Below, in pieces: positions 27,915 to 41,900 of a stretch of 64,000 bases of DNA. Source of the DNA: Balanoglossus misakiensis (lineage: Eukaryota; Animalia; Hemichordata). The notes beneath the pieces were generated by a model, which worked only from the letters and a program-made list of their open reading frames with translations, was not told the origin of the DNA and did not search any database. Positions within the stretch are counted from its first letter, which is position 1, and every line of letters begins with the position of its first letter. The DNA is taken from positions 732,590 to 796,589 of the forward strand of contig CM082589.2 in the NCBI GenBank assembly GCA_040954595.2, in the 5' to 3' direction. The position numbers were made by a program, and so were the translations under genes.

Positions 27915-28105
27915 AGACTCACCGGAAAGAGGAGAGAGTTCAGTGGAGTAAACAATGTTAACACGCTCAATCCCGTCCCTTGACGCTGACGTCACAAACC
28001 AACCGGAAGTTCAGTACCACAGACCCGCTTTGTTGTTGTCGTTTTTCAAATTCCCAAAATCAGCCGTTTATGCGCCGAAAATTAAGTTTCCTCTGCGGTA
28101 ATAGT
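27915..28105. promoter_or_regulatory. Candidate bidirectional promoter
   Basis: CRE TGACGTCA at ~27987 and ETS ACCGGAAGT at ~28002. Minus-strand donor ccg|gtgagt at ~27916-27921 on one side; plus-strand donor-like gcg|gtaata at ~28098 on the other. Confidence 0.35.
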
Positions 28106-31100
28106 GTCGGCCTAATCGCTCTGAGTTCAACATTGTTTTCTGTGTATTTAATATGATTTTCCCTTCAGAGGAATGAAGAAAAACAACACATATCGCTCGA
28201 AGTGTTTTCTCATCGTGAACGCCTGTATTGAGTTGTCATAGTAACACTTCAAAAGTAAATCACAGAGTTCTCTTTTATTTCAGGTTGTTTATACATAATG
28301 ATATTTTGGGTCCAATTATATAGGGTCACAGATCAGCCTTATGCTACAGGTTTCACAATCATATTTGTTTTTGGTGCCTGAAGGGGTACAAAGGGAGGTC
28401 GCTTATAGTTTAGGTCGCATGTTCTCAATCTCTGCGTGTGGTGTTCTTTCAGTTAGTCATGCCTTTCGGCTCAGCTTCGATGGATTAACCATGTCCCAAT
28501 CCTGCGACGAGTTCACGCAGGCATTGTCTTTGTAACGCTAGTTGTTTTCTTAGAATTGCACATGACGAGTAAAATATCTTTTGAATCATTTATATGTTTC
28601 AGATGACGTGAAAGTTGGCCTTAAATTGTCGGTCATAATTGGTACTGTGGCCTCGACGCATCGTTGATCTTCAAACCCCCCTGCACATAATTCGGGACCA
28701 CGTGTTTTGTACTACAGCAGAATCGTGGGAGGCCAAGGCTGTTGATGAGCTCTCTTGAAAGCGCCACCGAAATTATGGATATCCACATCATATACCTGTC
28801 ATATCTAGCGGCGGGAACAATATATGGAAGTCTGACATCACACTAACACTTGCAGTTCCGGATCACTATTCGTCGTCAGACAGACATAATCCCATCACCG
28901 AGAGAGCTCATTCTGTGCAGTCTTCTCACCGCGGTCGGTGTTTGCACTCTATTTTGAGAGAATATAGACGATAAGCTTGCCTATTTGGACTGGGGAACTG
29001 ACGTCGTGTGCTTGTTGATGTTTTATTTTTCGCGCCTCTTCAATTTGTCATCTGGAATAACTTGGACAGAAGAATCTGATAGTCATCAACGAAATAACGA
29101 GGTAAGGCGATAACATTAGTTGTTAACTTCGAGATATTCCATTCAACCTCGCCTTTTGTGTGCCACATCAAAGTTCTAACATTTGTAAGGTATACATCCA
29201 TCAGCAAATGCCACGTCGCACATATTAACGGGTTTCATAAACAAATGTTTCCATTTTAAATATTGAATGGCACTCCCGAAATGGCATGGCGCAGATGATT
29301 AAACTAAAACGATCTCGTGCCACGAAAACATACTTGATGCAGCAACGTGAATATACCTGTTGAACAAAAATGCGTCTCATGACACACAGAAAACCTGCAT
29401 ATGAATACAGTGTATTTGCAATCTCGCGATATTCGTTGTCATCCTTATAAGTGATGATGTTCGTTGTCAACCTCATTTTTGCGAATGCGTCCTTCAAGTC
29501 GACGTCTTGGCAGCTAACGCTTTTGTGTATATCAATGCAAACCGTATATATAATACAATTTCGTTTCCCATGCCATTTTATATGTGTCATGGACATTTGT
29601 GTGAGTCAACGTCGTGTTTAAGATCTGTCAAACGTTACATCGTGAATGATGTCAACATTCTGTGAATATTCGCGATCGGTACAATCCTTGCCATGTCTGG
29701 CTTGGCGGTACACGAAGACAGGTGTTGAGTAAACTACGTTGAAATCTTCAGGGATGACATGAAATAAAACGAATCGTACAGCCATCTACCAATCACATTG
29801 AAGGTTAATTATCGCAATGTTATCCGTCAAGATGATCATGTGATGTGATAATTGCAAAATACAATTCAAAATATTCCCATCGGCCACACTTAGGGTAAAT
29901 ATAGCAAAAATACTATAGTGATATCATAAGTCATGTCATTTTGTATTGATGTGGAAAAGATTGATCAACCTGACCGCATGTATGGCGAATATATTTTACA
30001 AGATCATCCGCTTTATGGAAATCTTATGTGTAGATTAGCTTTCGCCATACAATTTTCACTGTAGATCTTTGCTAGTGCTGTCGGCATGTAAACGGCAGGG
30101 ATTATATTATTTCGGTCGAGTTGTCTGTCTTTCCAGTATGTTTGACGTCGCGTGCATTTTGGCTGATATATTTACTCCGGTGGATCTTTGGAATCTTAGA
30201 ATCGAAGGACAATCAAATTGAAACATTGGATATGGCTGCGGATTGAGGCAAAGTCTTAAAATTTTGTCATATTTTGCACATGGCGACTTTCGATTATTTG
30301 TTTCCTCAAAACTGGTGTTTCCCTGAGATAATCAAAGACAGATAGTAATTCAAAAGAAAAATCTGTTTCGCTGTCCGAGGATGACTTGTTTGGCTTTAAT
30401 AGAAACAGCTCAATGGCGCCTCCTACAAGTGGCGCCCTGAGCACGTGTCCTATCAGCCATATTTGAATCTTATTCCACGGTTTAGTCTACTCTTTGCATT
30501 TGGTGGCAGCTGTAGTGAGCGACCGCTTCCTCAAAAACCTGACACATCTGTGACTTGCCCACTGTGTCTGATCTGCCTGTAACATAATTCACCTAATTCT
30601 TCGACCCATTATGAAGAATCAGAATTTAATCCTATCACTGTATTAAGACGAAGACGGATTTCCACGGGTATCTAAGCGAGAAGAATAAGGGTAATGCAAT
30701 GGGGGCGCCCTGATGAGCGGTTGTTTGGCGGGAGCCATCAATTTTCATGCGGCTTGCTTCTTGATTTATAAGGTGCTCTCTCGCAAAGCGAACCTAATGA
30801 TGAAGCCACTGCAAGGTGAACAGTCGGCGTCCTATTTCAGCTATTTTAAGAAACACCCCAATCAGTTAGCTTTCACCTGTCTCTTCTGACACTAATATTG
30901 CTGGTCTGGTTTAGACTCCGCTAGACTGTTACTGTCTCAGTATTGACATTAGGAGAGTGTCAGCCTAAACTATCAAGCGCACAAATTACTAAACGGATTT
31001 ATCGATTCCTGAAATTCTTTATGCAGTGTGAAAATCCTGTGCGCATTGTCACATGCGTTCACAAAGGAAAAACAAAACAATTACGCAACTGCTGGATTCT

Positions 31101-34100
31101 TCATGTCTTCGTTTGTTTTTATCAAATTGCGTATGACCGAAAGTACGGAATTGATGAAATTATACAAAATCAACTGGTGATGGCTGTCATTTTTTCTTCA
31201 AAGATCGTCATTAATTAGATGACCCGAAGCCAGATTTAACGGGACGGTTCTGAATTACACTGAAGTATGTCGGACAAAAGATGATAGATGGCTTTGGTCT
31301 CCAAAGGGCGCCCCCACTTAGACCGAACAATAGTGTCCACGTACAGCTCGACAAGATGTCGATGTATACACAGACCTGTAAGACATTTATCTTACTTGAT
31401 CGCTAGCAACCTGACAACCCAGCAGCCCATTGCAGGTCATAAAAGCACGGAGAAAACTGAAAACGTGTTTGTTTCACGGCAGACCCCCGCGTCATTGATG
31501 TTCACATCTTCATTTATCACGTCCACATTTTCCTTCCCCTTTATCGGTACTTAATGCACATTTGTGTGCGCTGCAAAAGACACGGACATGTACGTGTCTC
31601 AGAGATTTGTTTTACATAACCTGTGACACTCCTATCCATAATAGAATTCCCGCAAATCATTAAGTTCTATGATTGCAGTTTTAAACAATGTTTTTGAAAA
31701 GTCTACTTCTTGTGAAGCTGTTGCAGTGAGATGTCGACTTTTTTTACCCATAATGCAGTTAAAATACCCCCTAGCATGAAGTAGAATTGGCACCGTGCAT
31801 GCTCCCGATACCGTACGACCGATATATGAAAAATCCATGCATCTCGGATTTTAAAAATATCCTTATTTCAAGTTACCCTACCTGTTTTAAGCAATTAAAT
31901 GCCCGAAACCTTAAATTATGCATTCGGAGATCAGGTTTTATGCATCAGTTTCCATGACAACTCTGAAACATGACAACGGGATGTAGTTTCACTTAGTCGC
32001 AAGTATCTATGTCTGTCGATCGTTTATTTGCCTCGATGCAATCGACCCGTTTACATCAGAAACTTTGAAGTGTGTGTCTGTGTGGGAGGGGGGGGGGGTA
32101 CTCTCAAGCTTGTTTGATGTTAGACACCGACATTGACACAGGTTTTCCTCGGAAGTTAGGGCCTTTTAGGTAACTCGAAATAAAACACATTCACTATGGC
32201 TATTCTGTTGACGTTAAACCCACATAATTTCAAGATAAAATTATATGTTAGCTCAATGCATGTAGTCAAAAAGGCATATAATAATTTGATCAATTTTACC
32301 CACTGTCTATCCAGTTTTAGCTTACAAGTGTGTGTGTCCTATATATTCAGTATCGAAGCAAACAGAGACTTGTTGAGGAAGTTCCCTCAGCTGAGCCAAA
32401 CAACTGACTGTGGCCAAACCTACAGAGAAATCTCGCATAATGATAAGACGGAAAATAGGACAATAGTGCATGATATTTCCACAATGCACCATTGGGCATT
32501 ACATAGAAATGCGATCCTTATTATTAAAACTGAATATTACATGATGATGAAGAAAATGTTGCATTTATCGGTAATTGCTCTATCAACCCTACGAGCTCCC
32601 ATCACTCTCCGGCGCCTTGCCTGCTTATCCAAATCCACATCTGTCCTTTTTAATCAAAAATTCTGCAACAAAGAAGGTTTATTATAAATAATTATTATAC
32701 CGGGAATATCCGGTGAATTCACCGCTCGTGCCTTTGGAGGGAAACACTTGATTTTTGCGGGAACATCAATCTGAATATGTGCGTATTAAATTTCTCCTCA
32801 CATCCCTCTCTGGAAATGAAAGTTCTTACGATGTAGCAAGAGTCTAATGACATAGTAGTAAGAGATTATGTCTTCATAATACGGCATTTTCTTTTTACTA
32901 GATTACCTTGTATAGGTCTTATAGAAACCAATTAAATTGCTATTTGAAATCAATGCCACGGATATCTTGGCCTTAACGACAATCGTAAAATACTCTATAA
33001 CCCCAGGTGAGTTTTATGCATATAAAATCCTCAAACAACTACAATAACGACGTTACTGATTCGAAAGTGAAGAGTTACATGGTTAAATATATGCATTGAC
33101 CTTTACCCTTTGACCGGTTTCCCAGAATTCATCTTCTGCAGGTCACGAGGTTATGTTTATTTCCGGTGGCAGACGACACGTCTGTCTTCTTGTCGTTAAG
33201 GAGTAAGCTGTTATGGTACAAATATTTAAAATAGTAAGACCATTCAAGATTGAACAAATTAAGTGGGACAAGTAGGACACATCCGCGCCGTTTATAATAT
33301 AACGGAAGAATTAATTTTTCGTTTGTGCGAACACGTGGGACGCGTGGAGAAACCCGGTAGCCTAGCTACTCACGCTCGTTCTCGCGATTTCACACACTGT
33401 GTATCAGGTGTTTCAGACATTCATGTTAGTCGCGGTTGCTCCGTAGAAGCGTTAAGGAAGGAATAACACATCCCTCCATCTGTGTGACATTTTCAACGAC
33501 TAAGAGATATATAACCTCGCTCATGCTCAATGTTGTTAGCGGCAGTTGACACGAGACACTCTGGAGGAGAGGACGATCAGGCGCACAAGACACCGAACTG
33601 GTAAGAGAAATGTTTGCCATGAAAACCGTTCTATAATCTTACAGGTTGTAAGCCATAGTGAAACCAAGCAATGTATATTTCTATGCTTTTCGATCTGGCA
33701 AATGCAAAAGTCAACCACATTCCTATTCATCATCTACATTCACGTCCTTGACCGTGTCCACCAACTACCCATATGTGTGGTTGCACAGAAACAGACCGTA
33801 TACTCTAGTACTAAATATAACGAAACATGCGTGCGAGATTTTTATTTTAGGTGCCAGCAAGCTACAATCAGATATCCCACCAGTTTCATTTTGTGAACTC
33901 TTTTTGACTTCAGGATTAGACCCTCGTCTCATAATTGTTAATATTTAATAGAAGCTGGATTAATTTTGTGTACTTTCCCTTGCATTAGGGCTATATTATC
34001 TAAGGTTTTCCATTATGTGAACGCAACAGGTAATAAGGATGACGGTGACGTCATCACATCAACCATATCAGAAATTTATGCTTCTCACGACAGACAGGCA

Positions 34101-36630
34101 GTGTTAAACATACATTCACATTTATGACTGTATCCGTTATGCAAAATTATACATTAATATCGACCAGAGGATTATGCAGTCGTGAGTTCTACTATCCATT
34201 CTGCCTCTAGGGTATTCATCGTAACACTTGACGGCAATTTAAAGGAGCTTCAAATACGACACGGATGTAATAGACAGTGAGTTAATCGATGCACATCATC
34301 TGAATATAAGCACCAACTGAAAACACTAATACATCGGAATGATTGATTTTAGAATGCTATTTGAAGACATTAAAGTCATAATGTTAACGTTTCCTGAATA
34401 GCAACCCTGACTTACATCTGAAGGAATCAATTTGTGAGGTCGCCTGAACGAGAATGTAACTGGCTGTCGTTATTATTATTTCTTTAGTACCAAGAAAAAA
34501 TCAACCACGAAAGCTATTTTGAGATCATCAGCAGAAATAGCCCTCCTCCACGCCCCCTCAAAACGATCACGTGACTAAATTTGATTCTCTGTCTTCCTTC
34601 ATTGACTACCAGAGGACGTTGGCAATCACGCAAGTGGTCGTCCTTGCAGACTTCCCTTTGAATTCTCATCCCACGTTCGTTCAGTCGCGAGGTTTGTTCC
34701 TCTCACGTCACAAGGCAGATTTCACTTTCTCAGAAGAATGAAGCACCCCGTGTCTCACGGCACTAACTGTGATTTTCCGTATCGTCCTTGAATTCCCATG
34801 ATATAACACCCACAACTTTTCTGTAGTCACCAGTCAACGTGATCAAATCTAGACCAGAAAGATCCAGCCTCTACCGGCCATGACCACGGATTGAGCGATT
34901 GCGGACATATGTTCACACGTAATTACCTGTTTACAGCTAAAATGGATTTTACTCAAGGGATTTTTATGATATCATGTCGTTTACGGAATAGTCCGACGTA
35001 ATCGTGACGTAAGACTTTCAACAGAGGGTGATTACATCATCAGTTATCGTCATCACAAACTGCTTACGATCACATGTGACGTTTGTCCGGATGTGCTGAT
35101 CAGTTTTCTTATTCTGTGTGATATCTACATCGAAATCGACGGTCTCATTATTGCTTGTTTCACTGCAGTGATTCATATCGGCACACTTTCAAGCTTTATC
35201 GCCCCTTTTCGATCAGACGGTAGCCACGATAGGGATCTCATAAACACAGCTTTAACGAAATACATCCGCACAAGGAAACAGTGCCATTTGAGCGTACTAA
35301 TACAAGGCGTCACGCGGAATTAAAATAGTACGCGCATCGGGGACAGATTTTCAGTAAAATTATGGTCCCCTTAACCTTTCAGTTCTTTTGTCCTTTTGAA
35401 AACAATGAAGAAAATACGGTGTTTGCCGTCTTATTTTTAAAATTTTAAAATATCACCAATTTAACGGCTGTCGAATATGTGTCAGGTGGGCATGATGGCA
35501 CCTGAACGAGCAAGACCTGTCAGAATGATCACATTTTTCTGATATATGATATCAGGTTGTCATTACAATTCTGCAGCGCCAGATCGAATTTCTGATTTTA
35601 AATCTCACTAATGCAGGTTTCACAAAACCCCTTTTCAGCCATAATTATTTTCAGCCAAGAGAAAGTGAAATCAGCTGACTTAGCCTCAGAGACAGCATTG
35701 GTTGTCACTACCGTTGTTATATGGGTGACTGCATTAATCTTTGCTGTTTCCCCTGTCATAATGACCCCTATTTTGTTGCCCACAGATATTTAAGACTTTA
35801 GGTACCGGTGGTCGTATATTTCCAAGAAACGATCCTCACGTAGCAGTGAGTAATAGTTTAGCAGGAATAAAATGACGTTAATGTACTCTTAGGGATTTGT
35901 AATGGACTCTGAACCGGGCAGTTATACCATGTAATCGGTTCAAAGCTATGCCAACACCCGTTATGTTGTCATAAACTGTCCCCCTGGGTACTTAATTGCA
36001 TGGCATGCCGGGTATATCATCGTATAAATGCCCGGATGTCACATGTGTGCCCAACACGCTACATTTGTCTTACCGAGGCTCTTTTAACACATTGGCCGCC
36101 CATTTCCCAATAATCATCAGCAGTGAGGTGAACCAGCGTCAGATCCACACAGTCGGCTAAATTCCTGTGGCTGAATCTGTTATTTATCGTTAGATACTAT
36201 AGTTTGTATTTTTGTCATTTTAATTTCTTGGAAAATTGAAGTTATTAGCTTGTCAAGACCATAACATGGTGAATGCATGAGCATTCTATAAACAGAACGG
36301 AAGAATCTGCAGTGAGATAGTTCGTGGGAACGAGAGTCATAAATATGATACCCTGCTGTCGACAGGAAGCCATTTTGCTTCTTTGAACTGAGTTGAAATA
36401 ATGTGAACACCCGGTTACGGACTCTGATCAAGGAGACATTATTTTGCGAAGCTTGAAGTAATGTTGATTTTTGCTTTTCCGAGGAAAACCAATTTTACTA
36501 TGATTCATTCCTCTCGCATTACTATGTCTTCCAGGAAACTAATCTTGAAATGTCGATATCGTGGACACTCATGTAAAAGAGTACATTCGTTGCAAACATA
36601 AGGTTACTTTTGGGCAGTAGCTGATTCTGA

Positions 36631-36647
36631 GAGCGCCCTCTGCTGTG
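36631..36647 (-). promoter_or_regulatory. CTCF-like binding motif
   Basis: Reverse complement CACAGCAGAGGGCGCTC is close to the CTCF core CCASYAGRKGGCRS. Confidence 0.4.
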
Positions 36648-38993
36648 CCGTGTGCTATAAATAAGATTGACATAGCCTCGACTTTCTTGTTATCACCAAT
36701 ATTGCTTGATTTGTTGTTTTCGAGAAATTATGGCTCATATAATCAGGAATGGGCGATCATTTTGAGTTCATGTCATATAATTCCGATTAAAGGTTATAAA
36801 TGAGTCGACAAATACTTTGTTTGTAATGTACTTTCATTTCTGCCTTTGTCTACACTATCATTATTCTTTTTTATTCATCGACACAGTTTACAGAGGTAAT
36901 ATAAGAGCTCCTTACCAAGATTGTCCATGAGAAGTGACGGGACAGAAGTACGCATGTGCAAGTGTGGATATCTCCGTCTATCGGTGAAATGTCATTCTTC
37001 TGGAAGGTAAGATGTGCTATGGTTTAAGTGATTTCTGGAACACGATGCCCGCGACAACGCTTTTCATTTGATACCTTAACGTAGATGGCGCTTGTCAGCA
37101 AAGCAAGTGTACACAGGCGAGAACCACAGCTGTAATTGATGCGGTAAAAAGTACACTTTAATTTGTCACGCTAGAATGACGCTGAAATCGACCATGCAAT
37201 CGTTCGTGAAATGCACATACAATTACAAGTCCCACAAACATATCGTTCGCTCAATTGCCCAAAGTATACATTAGGAAATCGCAGAGAAGCTTTCATCTGT
37301 ACACGAATCTTATCGTTGTTCGAAGTGTCTTCAAGGAATTAACTTGACGTGCCAGATAACAAGAATCCACTTCAAAAATTGCATCGCGATTACAAACAAG
37401 CTTGAGATCATTCGATGTTCTCTTTACTTGATGAAACATGAACATGAGACTCTTCTGAGTCAATTAAAGTTGAGAATGATGCGCATTAACTCTTAAATAA
37501 CAGAATTCCCTTCAATTTCTTACTTGTGCTCTTTTCCTAATTTTTGAGATGAATTTAACCGATCAAAAATCAGCCATTCCTTGCCGTAGGCATTACATTA
37601 TTTCAAATTAAAAAGTGTGCATATTCGTAAAAATGGAATAAAACACAGTAATTGTCGTTGCGAGCTTTTTATTCAATTACTTAATAGAACATGATGTATT
37701 AATTACTTCCTAAACTTATGACTTTGTGAATTGCTGAACTCTCATTTTCTGAATTCTGTAATATTTGCCTCGGCGGTTTATTTTAAAGACGAAACCGAAA
37801 CGTGATCAATTCAGTTGATTCTGTCTACCGTGTTTCATGGCCAACTGCTTCAGGACAATTCTTCTGCGCAATCGGCGCTTTTACTGTGATTACAGGATTA
37901 TGATGATATCTCAGTGATTATCAAACAAGAACTGTGGAAAGAATGAAAAATAAAAACATGTAGAGACACTTTTCCCTGCGTATCTGCATTAGTTATCAAA
38001 TGTTTCAATCAGTGTTGCATTTCAGCAGGGACATTAGAGTTGTGTTACACGACCTTGTTTTCTTGTCACTGAATCCATAGGAATCACGAGCTCAGTAAAT
38101 AGACTTCTACGAATCTTTTGATAAGCCTGGGTAATTTGCAGTTATATGACGCAAGTAGTGTGTTTGATAACATCCCTCTATAGGTAACCACATACTGTAG
38201 CAGACCATTTAGATTTCTTCTTTATTGGTGTCATTAGTGACGTCACTAGTCAGGTGTAATACTGTTCGTTTCATGTTTACTTAAAGATATTTTAAATACG
38301 TCATTTTATGTTGAAAAATGTTATCTTGTCTATTTCCAATTTAGGTCATCAATATGTGTAATATTGAAGTCAAGGTCGATTTAAAATTTTACCTTGATAA
38401 TTATGTGAATTTTGGGCAGACATGTAGTTTCTCTTAACCTTGACAAACGTGACATATTCTAAAAGACGTTAGCTTAGCTCAGACTGGGATACTTTTGTAA
38501 AATTGCCTGTCTGTATGTAATATTCTATCTCCGGTAAAATATGGCACCAGTAATGGTTTTGATGGCGTTTTATTACTGAGATGCAAGTGCCAGGATCTGT
38601 ACTCAGCGCAGGATTGATTATTGCTGAACATTAAATGTGTTGAGGTTCAAAGGTTCACTGCACGAATCACGACAAACAAGAAAGGCCCGGCAGACGATAC
38701 GTATCGCTTTGAAAGCAACGCTTTATAGCACACGGTGCCACAATCCGATTCAAAATAGAAACATTTAGAATCCAGGTATACCATCGAACACGCATGCGTC
38801 AATTCTCCAGTTTCGATTTCGTGTGCAAACTCAACGCAAAGCGCTGTCGAATCAGCCAATAAGGTCTTAGTAGCCGATTGCCAGAAATACCCTGCAAGCT
38901 ACTTGTAGGCTGTGTCAGCATTGTCGCGACAGGCTTCCATGGCACAGCGAATGATTTCATCGCACGAGGTTTAGCACGGACCAAAAAACCGCG

Positions 38994-41900
38994 ATGTTTG
39001 TCGTACAGCTGGGTTCCGGACGCAGGCGAAGTTCACCGAACACGCGCTTTTTGACTGTTGAGTGTAGTCAGGTAAAAAGTCGATTTTTGTGTTTTTACTC
39101 TCCTGTAACTCTACATGTAGGAATAACAGTTAAAGTGTGTGGCAGTTTTTATCAAGAATGTGATTCACGCGTGATCTGGTAACAGGACACGTTCCCTTTC
39201 ATTATGAATGCGTCACACATCACTGAAGCGATGAAAGTTGTTGAGGTGTGTTCTGTTGTGAAAGCAATAATTGCCTTCTTCATCTCATAATTTGCTCCAA
39301 GAACTATCATCCTGTAGAACTATACTTATTGGATTTGGTACGAGAAGCCTTATGCTGCTTAATATCGACTTTTATTATTTTTATTTGACGTGCTGTTTGT
39401 TAGTCAATAATTTTCCTCGCAATACGAGTCGTCTGTTGTAAATTGGCATTTCCTGCTTTGTATTCAAATTAATAAGAGCTTGCGTTGCATCGGTGTCGCA
39501 TTGATTGAGTCACGGATTGAAACTGGGGACGATGGTATGATATGAAAATAGAAAGTAGTGTGGGTAATTTGTCGGATAACACCGAGATATTGACTGACGC
39601 GCTATGTTCTGGTTCGTCTCCAGATTGTAAAATCCTCGTCTTCTCACGAGGTAGGCAGCCGCTCATCAACGGGACCCGAAGCCGCGCGGAATCCATCAAT
39701 GCCCGATCTCAAACTCGATCATTTAACCCAGGAAGAAATGGCAATTCTCCAGAGAGTTTTTGATAAACAAGAAGCGTTCGAGACTGCAGAAGAAGAAAGA
39801 ATCAGGTGGGTGTCACTGCATCCACGCAGGCAATATTTATTCCGGCGTTAGAGAGCGAAAACTTCCCTCTTCAAACTTTATCGCATTTTCATGTTTTCTG
39901 TGATCTTTTGTATGGCTGTGTTCTTGAACTTGTAAGACATGCGCACGCGAAATTTACCCCTAAAACCCCATAATTCAATTTAGGTCAAACTTGGCATTTG
40001 CAACATTTATGCGTTGACTTGCAAGGTAGTTGACATGCAGGAACTCGTTCCCTATATAATGGACATATTTTCTTCCATATCGGGAACCGTGTTGCGTTTC
40101 ATGATATCGTGATGTACCCATCCCTACAGGTCATTGCTAAAAGACAAAATCGAATACTCGAATTTCTAGATTATGATCTTCTGACGTCAAAACTCAGTTG
40201 GGATGTAGGGTTACACTAACTAGTAAATGTACACTGTTAATTTAAGTGCAGACATCATTATATAGCTAATGGAGGTTTAAAATAACGTTAAACATTTTGG
40301 TTGCATTTTCATTGGGTATATGAGTTTCTCATTCTCTTAGACGCCATTCATGACCATGAACTAACCAGGGGGTGTCTGAGTGAGATTAATACTCTGCACG
40401 ATTATCATGTGAACTCAAAGGGTACCTCATCAAATTGGTCTATATTATCTCCACATGAGCACCTGTTTAGCAGGTTAAGGGGTCATCCATGAGAGGTTTC
40501 CTATAATCATATGAACACAGGGGAAGCTCATTGAGTTGCCACCGCCACTAAATGAGAGACGTTCTTCTAGTTACGTTATCCGCTAATCACAAAATGTCCG
40601 CACCATTTTCTGCCAATCCAGGAAGCTGTTTCAGTTGGCCGTCATTCGGTTTCAACCAATCAGCAAATGCGTATCTTACAGATCGGAAATCATTCACTGT
40701 AAGGCAAGAAACAAATGTGTATCTCTCAGTTCTTCAACACCCGATGAGCAAATGTTAATCTCATTGAGTTGCCCACTGTATGTTATCGTGTAATTGCCTG
40801 TGTATTGTTCTAGGGTAACAATCATTATAGGGAATGCGTATTCCATGAAAGTGCCAGGAAAAGCACGCACAAGGAGACAGTAGAATGAAATAATGAAAAG
40901 AGAGAGAAGGGGAAATGAAAGCGACGTGATTATGCAGTCCTATTAAATCAATCTCACGTATAATAACACCCCTTGACAGGCAACTTCACCTCGTCTTTGC
41001 AAACAGTCGATTCTATTTTAAAACGTGTTAACGGCACAGTACAACGCAGCGTACTTGTTTCCTTCTACGTCATTAGATGGTTACGTAATATGAACGTTAA
41101 TTAGAGTGTTCCTTATTCAGTCAAGAATCATCAGCTGGCAATGCGAGTCGTATTATGTTTCGCAACGTGAAATAAAATAACCACGCAAATTTTGCTTAAG
41201 ACGGTTCATGAAATTAAAGGAAAATATCGGATTGGTACAATACTTTATCTGAGACTTGTATATATTGGGGAAATTGTTTCCTTTCATTTTTTAAAAATGG
41301 CATTAACCCCTCATTTAAATCAGCAACATCCTGAACGTTATGTGAAAATCGTGTAGACGAGAGAAGTGAACGTATTCGTTGCCAGGGAAACTGATGTATA
41401 ATTGTCGCCTATTTTGTCCGCTCGCATTGTCAGCAGAGTTGATTCTAAGATTAAAGTTTTATGTTTGGCGAAATCGTTTTGATATGCCGGGAAGTACATG
41501 TATATCCCTTAGGCGCGCTTTGTATATGACACAAAATCCAGGCTTTATGAGCTGAATATTATACAAGCACACATATGTGCCACTAGGATTTGCAGACATC
41601 ATAATGAATGGTAAATCTACTTCCCGACTCTAAACGCAAAGTTAACTAAGCCAATGATTGCACTCTAATTAGCTTAATAAAATATGAGTTGCATCGATAT
41701 TTCTGTACTAATCGCTCTAAACGATTGTGTAAACATCGAATCTGCGATGTTTGTGGAACATTTGTGTCGATGATCATATATTAGCGGTAGTCTGAAGGGA
41801 ATATTTGCAAATGGGAGGCCATTTTGAAATTCAAATTTGAGGTAATTTTTGCTCTTTCATTCGAATTATTTCTCTGTGACCTCAATGTTTTATTCTCAGT

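Noticed and set aside
19900-38600. Short ORFs (60-163 aa) in the central interval
   Set aside because: No recognisable domains and no phase-consistent exon chains found; lengths are compatible with chance. Small or highly divergent exons could have been missed by eye.
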